NCBI GenBank assembly: GCA_963667465.2
Contig: CAXXDN010000001.1
Coordinates: 320,001 to 384,000, forward strand
Length of the DNA: 64,000 nt
Source of the DNA: Dehalococcoidia bacterium
Lineage (GTDB): Bacteria; Chloroflexota; Dehalococcoidia; UBA2979
Direction of reading: 5' to 3'
A program made the translations under genes and the position numbers. The notes under the pieces are model-generated. The model ran no database searches, had not been told where the DNA came from, and saw nothing but the letters and a program-made list of their open reading frames with translations. Position 1 is the first letter of the stretch, and each line of letters begins with the position of its first letter. Shown one piece after another: positions 60,344 to 64,000 of this stretch.

Positions 60344-62211
60344 TCGGCCTGGCCGACCCGCTGGCGCTGCTCTGGCTGGCGATCCTGCTGCCGGTGCTGT
60401 TCGCGACCTCCTACGCCGCGCGTCGGCGGCGCGAGGCGGACGCTGCCTTCGGCGGCGGCACGGCGCTGCGACGCGGACGCGCCGAGTGGCGACGCCCGCT
60501 GCAGCAGCTGCTGCTGCTCGCCGCGATCGTGCTGGTCGTGATCGCCGTCACACGTCCGCAGTGGGGCGAGGAGGAGCGGCCGCTCACACGGCTCGGCATC
60601 GACATGGCGATCGCCCTCGATGTCTCGCGCTCGATGACCGCGAGCGACATCGAGCCCTCGCGCGCCGACGCGGCCGCGGCCGCGCTCGACCAGCTCTTCA
60701 ACCACCTGCGCGGCGACCGCGTCGGCCTGGTCACGTTCGCCGGAGACGCATTCGAGCGGTCCCCGCTGACCCTCGATCTCGACGCGGTGCGCCAGTTGGT
60801 CGCGCGCGCGCAGGAGGAGCAGGCCTTCGTGCGCCCCGGGACGGACCTCGGCGGCGCGCTCGAGGCGGCGCTGCGCCTGCTCGACATCGAGGATCCCGCC
60901 GAGACGCAGGCGATCGTGCTGATCTCGGACGGCGAGGACCTCGCCGAGGATCTCGGAGACGCGCTCGAGGAAGCAACGGATGCGGGTGTCCGCGTCTTCA
61001 CCGTCGCCGCCGGGACACCCGACGGGGGAACGATGGCCGCACGCGAGAGCGGCGACGAGGACGCAACCACCGTGCGCCGCCCGCCGGGCGACGAACTGAG
61101 CCGCGCCGACCGGCCGACGCTCCAGCGAATCGCCGACGCAACGGGCGGCGACCTGCGGGAGCTGGGCGAACTGCCCGGACTCGCCGTGGAGTTCCAGCGG
61201 CTCCGCCAATCCGCCTTCGACCAGGGTGCGAACCGCGCGCCCGTCGAGCGCTTCCAGTGGTTCCTCGGCGGCGCGCTGCTGCTGCTCGTGCTCCAGGCGC
61301 TCGTCGCCGACGGCAGCTGGCAGCGGCGCCTCGGTGTTGGCCGCCTCACTCTCGCCGCCTCCACGCTGCCGGCGATCGCGCTGATCGTCGCCTGCGCCAG
61401 CACCGAGTACGCGGCCACCGAGGACGGCCACGACGCCTACGCCGCCGGCCGCTACGACGACGCCCTCGCCTCCTATCGCGACGCCGAGGCGGTCGCGCCC
61501 GACGCCCCGGAGCCGCCCTACAACATCGGCAACACACTGCACCAACTCGGCCGCTACGAGGAGGCGACGGTTGCCTCGTCGACGGCGCTGAGCGCCGCCG
61601 TCGATCCCCTGCTGTTCAGCCACGCGGCCTACGCCCTCGGCAGCCACGCCTTCCGCCGCAACGATCTCAATGCCGCCCGCGACGCCTGGATCAGCGTGCT
61701 GCTGCGCAATCCCTCAGACCTCGACGCGAAGCACAATCTCGAGCTGACGCTGCGCCTCCTCGCCGGCCCCGAGGAGACGACCGCGCCCACGCCTCCCGCT
61801 GGCAGCGGCGACGGGGAGGGCCAGGGCGAAGGCGAGGGCGGTACCGGGGACGAGGAGCCGCCTCCCGACGACGACAGCCCCAATCAGTCCGGTGAGGGCG
61901 GCGGCCAGCCGCAGCCCGGCTCAACGCCCGACGCAACCCCCGACCGCAACGGCGCGGGTCCGGCGCAGCCGCCCTCGGACCCCGCGGATTCCGGCGGATC
62001 GCCGGCGGGTGGCCCGGGGGCGCAGGTGGAGCAGGATCAGCCCCCAACGCTCGACGACGCGCGCGCGCTGCTCGCCGAAGAGGCGCTGCGGATCGGCGAC
62101 GAGGCGCTGACCATCGAGGACGCGATCGCGCTGCTGGAGCTGGTGCGCCGCACGAGTGAGCTCGAGGCGCTCGCGCCGCGCGGCGTGGCCGGCGGACCCG
62201 GGGACCGCTAG
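60340..62211 (+). CDS. BatB-like VWA protein fused to a BatC-like TPR domain
   Basis: RPQWG, DVSRSM.A.DI.PSR, DRVGLV.FAG, LISDGED; TPRs (YNIGN, DAKHNLEL); low-complexity acidic tail. Confidence 0.88.
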   Translation: MIGLADPLALLWLAILLPVLFATSYAARRRREADAAFGGGTALRRGRAEWRRPLQQLLLLAAIVLVVIAVTRPQWGEEERPLTRLGIDMAIALDVSRSMTASDIEPSRADAAAAALDQLFNHLRGDRVGLVTFAGDAFERSPLTLDLDAVRQLVARAQEEQAFVRPGTDLGGALEAALRLLDIEDPAETQAIVLISDGEDLAEDLGDALEEATDAGVRVFTVAAGTPDGGTMAARESGDEDATTVRRPPGDELSRADRPTLQRIADATGGDLRELGELPGLAVEFQRLRQSAFDQGANRAPVERFQWFLGGALLLLVLQALVADGSWQRRLGVGRLTLAASTLPAIALIVACASTEYAATEDGHDAYAAGRYDDALASYRDAEAVAPDAPEPPYNIGNTLHQLGRYEEATVASSTALSAAVDPLLFSHAAYALGSHAFRRNDLNAARDAWISVLLRNPSDLDAKHNLELTLRLLAGPEETTAPTPPAGSGDGEGQGEGEGGTGDEEPPPDDDSPNQSGEGGGQPQPGSTPDATPDRNGAGPAQPPSDPADSGGSPAGGPGAQVEQDQPPTLDDARALLAEEALRIGDEALTIEDAIALLELVRRTSELEALAPRGVAGGPGDR

Positions 62212-62215
62212 AGAC

Positions 62216-64000
62216 TCAGCGTGCGAGGCGGCGCAGCCACAGGCGGCGCAGCAGCAGCTCCCGGAAGAGCCGGTTGCGCAGGCGGCGGTAGAGCGCATCG
62301 GCGCGGCGCACCGCCGGCTCGTCCTCGTCACCCTCGTCCGTCGCCGGCGCCTCAGCGGCGGCGGCAGGCGCGCCGTAGCGCTCGCGCGTGAAGGCATCGG
62401 CGAGGATCTCGACGGGCTCCTCGCTCTCGAGGTCGCGCTTCAGTCCGGCGGCGGCCTCGAGCGGCGTGCGGTTGGCGGGGGCCGGGATACCCGCCCAGCC
62501 GGAGATTCGTTGCACCCTGGCCCAGCGCGCCGTGGCCGGGCTCAGCCCACGATCGGGGAATGCCCAGGCGCCCCGCACAACAAGGACGAGCACCGCGCTG
62601 GCCGCGAGCGCCGCGACTGTCCAGCCCGCGATCAGTCCGAGCGGCGCCCAGAGCGATCCGCCATCGTCGACGAGGTCCGTCCTCGGTCCACTCACGCCCA
62701 GCGGTTCCAGACTCTGCTCCAGCAGTTCCGCCAGCTCCAGCGCCGCGATCGCGTCCTCCGTGCCGCCTTCCGGAACTTCGAAGCTGCCGGTCCCGCGGCC
62801 GCTCCGGCTGACCAGCTCGCGCACCGGCGCCGGGTTGAACTCCACCCAGCCGTAGCCGGGGAAGTAGACCTCCGGCCACGCCCACGAGTCCTTCTCGCTC
62901 AGCACGAACGCCTCCGACTCCCGGCTGAACGAGGTCGAGTCGAGCGCGAATCCGACGGCAATGCGCGCGGGGATGCCGAGCGAGCGCAGCAGCACCACCA
63001 TCGCCGAGGCGTGATGGTCGAAGTAGCCCTCGCGGCTCTCGAAGAGGAACCAGTCAATCGGATCGCGGCGCGGCGGCGGGTCCGAGACCTTCAGGCTGAA
63101 CGGGTAGTTCTCGCGCAGGTAGCGCTCGACCCGGAAGGCGGCGAGGTACGGGGCGTCCTGCTCCGCTGCGATGCTCGCGGCCAGTTCACCCACCCGAGGC
63201 GGAAGATTGTCGGGTGTCTGGAGATAGCGCTCCGTCACCCACGCCGGGTAGTCGCCGCCCGCGGCCATGAGCGCGTCCACCCCCGCGACGGAGATCGAGC
63301 CCACCGCCGTGTAGCTCGCCCCGTTGCCGACGCGGCTGCTCGGCTGCAGTCCGACCACGTCGCTGGGCGAGGCTCCCGTCAGGAACTCGGCCTCGACATC
63401 GGTCGCGAGCGGCTCGCCGACCGTCAGCAGACGGCGATCGCTGAGCGGCGACTCGACGTGGACCTCGACGGCCACGAGGCTCCGCTGCTGCGCCCTCGTC
63501 GCGGGCGTGCCGAAGCGCGCCGCCTCGACCGTGATCGCCGGCGGGTCGACGAGCTCGGTGTCGGAGAGCCGCCAGCCACCGCGTTCGTAGCGATCGAAGA
63601 CGTAGGCACGCAGGTACGCGAGGCCCCCGGCCTCGGCGGAGACGACGTACATCGTCTCGTCGTCGAGGTTGACGCGGCCCTGCAGCGGCAGAGCGCCCTC
63701 GAACTGGTGGATCAACTGGCCGTGCTTGCCGTCGATCCCGATGAAGACCTGACCGAGCGGCTGGATGCGATCGGTGATCGGGCGGATCGCGTTGCCCCAT
63801 GCCCCGGCTGCGGGTTCCCAGCCGTCGCCGACAGGCACGATCCAGGCGAAGAGGATCAGCCCCGCCGCCACCCACCCGCCGGCGTGAAGCACTTGCAGCG
63901 AGAGCCAGCGAGGCAGCGCGATCGCCTGGCCTCGCCAGCCTCGAACCGTGCGCAACAAGTGGATGCGCGTGAACAGCAGGATCGCCGCGAAGAGGAAGAT
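62216..64000 (-). CDS. Membrane-anchored transglutaminase-like (TgpA-type) protein, partial (start beyond window), catalytic triad substituted
   Basis: YLR..VFD.Y...GW, YLQ.P, D.FLF..REGY, ASAMVVLLRSLGIPAR.AVGF, AWPEVYFPG.GW. Confidence 0.88.
   Translation of the reverse strand: MFLFAAILLFTRIHLLRTVRGWRGQAIALPRWLSLQVLHAGGWVAAGLILFAWIVPVGDGWEPAAGAWGNAIRPITDRIQPLGQVFIGIDGKHGQLIHQFEGALPLQGRVNLDDETMYVVSAEAGGLAYLRAYVFDRYERGGWRLSDTELVDPPAITVEAARFGTPATRAQQRSLVAVEVHVESPLSDRRLLTVGEPLATDVEAEFLTGASPSDVVGLQPSSRVGNGASYTAVGSISVAGVDALMAAGGDYPAWVTERYLQTPDNLPPRVGELAASIAAEQDAPYLAAFRVERYLRENYPFSLKVSDPPPRRDPIDWFLFESREGYFDHHASAMVVLLRSLGIPARIAVGFALDSTSFSRESEAFVLSEKDSWAWPEVYFPGYGWVEFNPAPVRELVSRSGRGTGSFEVPEGGTEDAIAALELAELLEQSLEPLGVSGPRTDLVDDGGSLWAPLGLIAGWTVAALAASAVLVLVVRGAWAFPDRGLSPATARWARVQRISGWAGIPAPANRTPLEAAAGLKRDLESEEPVEILADAFTRERYGAPAAAAEAPATDEGDEDEPAVRRADALYRRLRNRLFRELLLRRLWLRRLAR

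Overview
A very GC-rich bacterial chromosomal segment. Its gene content suggests Chloroflexota, probably Dehalococcoidia (inference): several luciferase-like F420-type oxidoreductases, a dnaJ-hspR-clp operon, a GAAC-N4-GTTC LexA box, and many leaderless-looking genes. Most of the window is housekeeping or metabolic: LLM oxidoreductases, a heme-related operon (AKR, ChdC-like, four ABM genes, AhbAB-like), pstSCAB-phoU with CYTH-CHAD/SixA/Ppx genes, RRM and DEAD-box genes, ruvB, rimI, VKOR-DsbA, clp/hspR/dnaJ/hsp20, secA, prs, dnaE, a CLC protein, a MoxR-Bat cluster, and three toxin-antitoxin pairs. The standout is a compact, intact five-gene virion-structural cassette at 31682-36083 between ruvB and rimI. 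It encodes a scaffold-like protein, an HK97-type major capsid protein, a head-tail adaptor, a beta-rich/baseplate-hub protein and a 70-aa OB-fold spike-like protein. No integrase, terminase, portal, tail tube, tape measure or lysis gene is present, so it is a candidate domesticated GTA-like or nanocompartment system. Other notable items are four tandem, translationally coupled ABM paralogs inside the heme operon, a CLC with a natural gating-Glu-to-Gln change, a transglutaminase-like protein that has lost its whole catalytic triad, a TA pair bracketed by 27-bp direct repeats, and a frameshifted phage-like orphan. All family calls come from motif recognition by eye; no database searches were run. 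No rRNA, tRNA or CRISPR array was seen.
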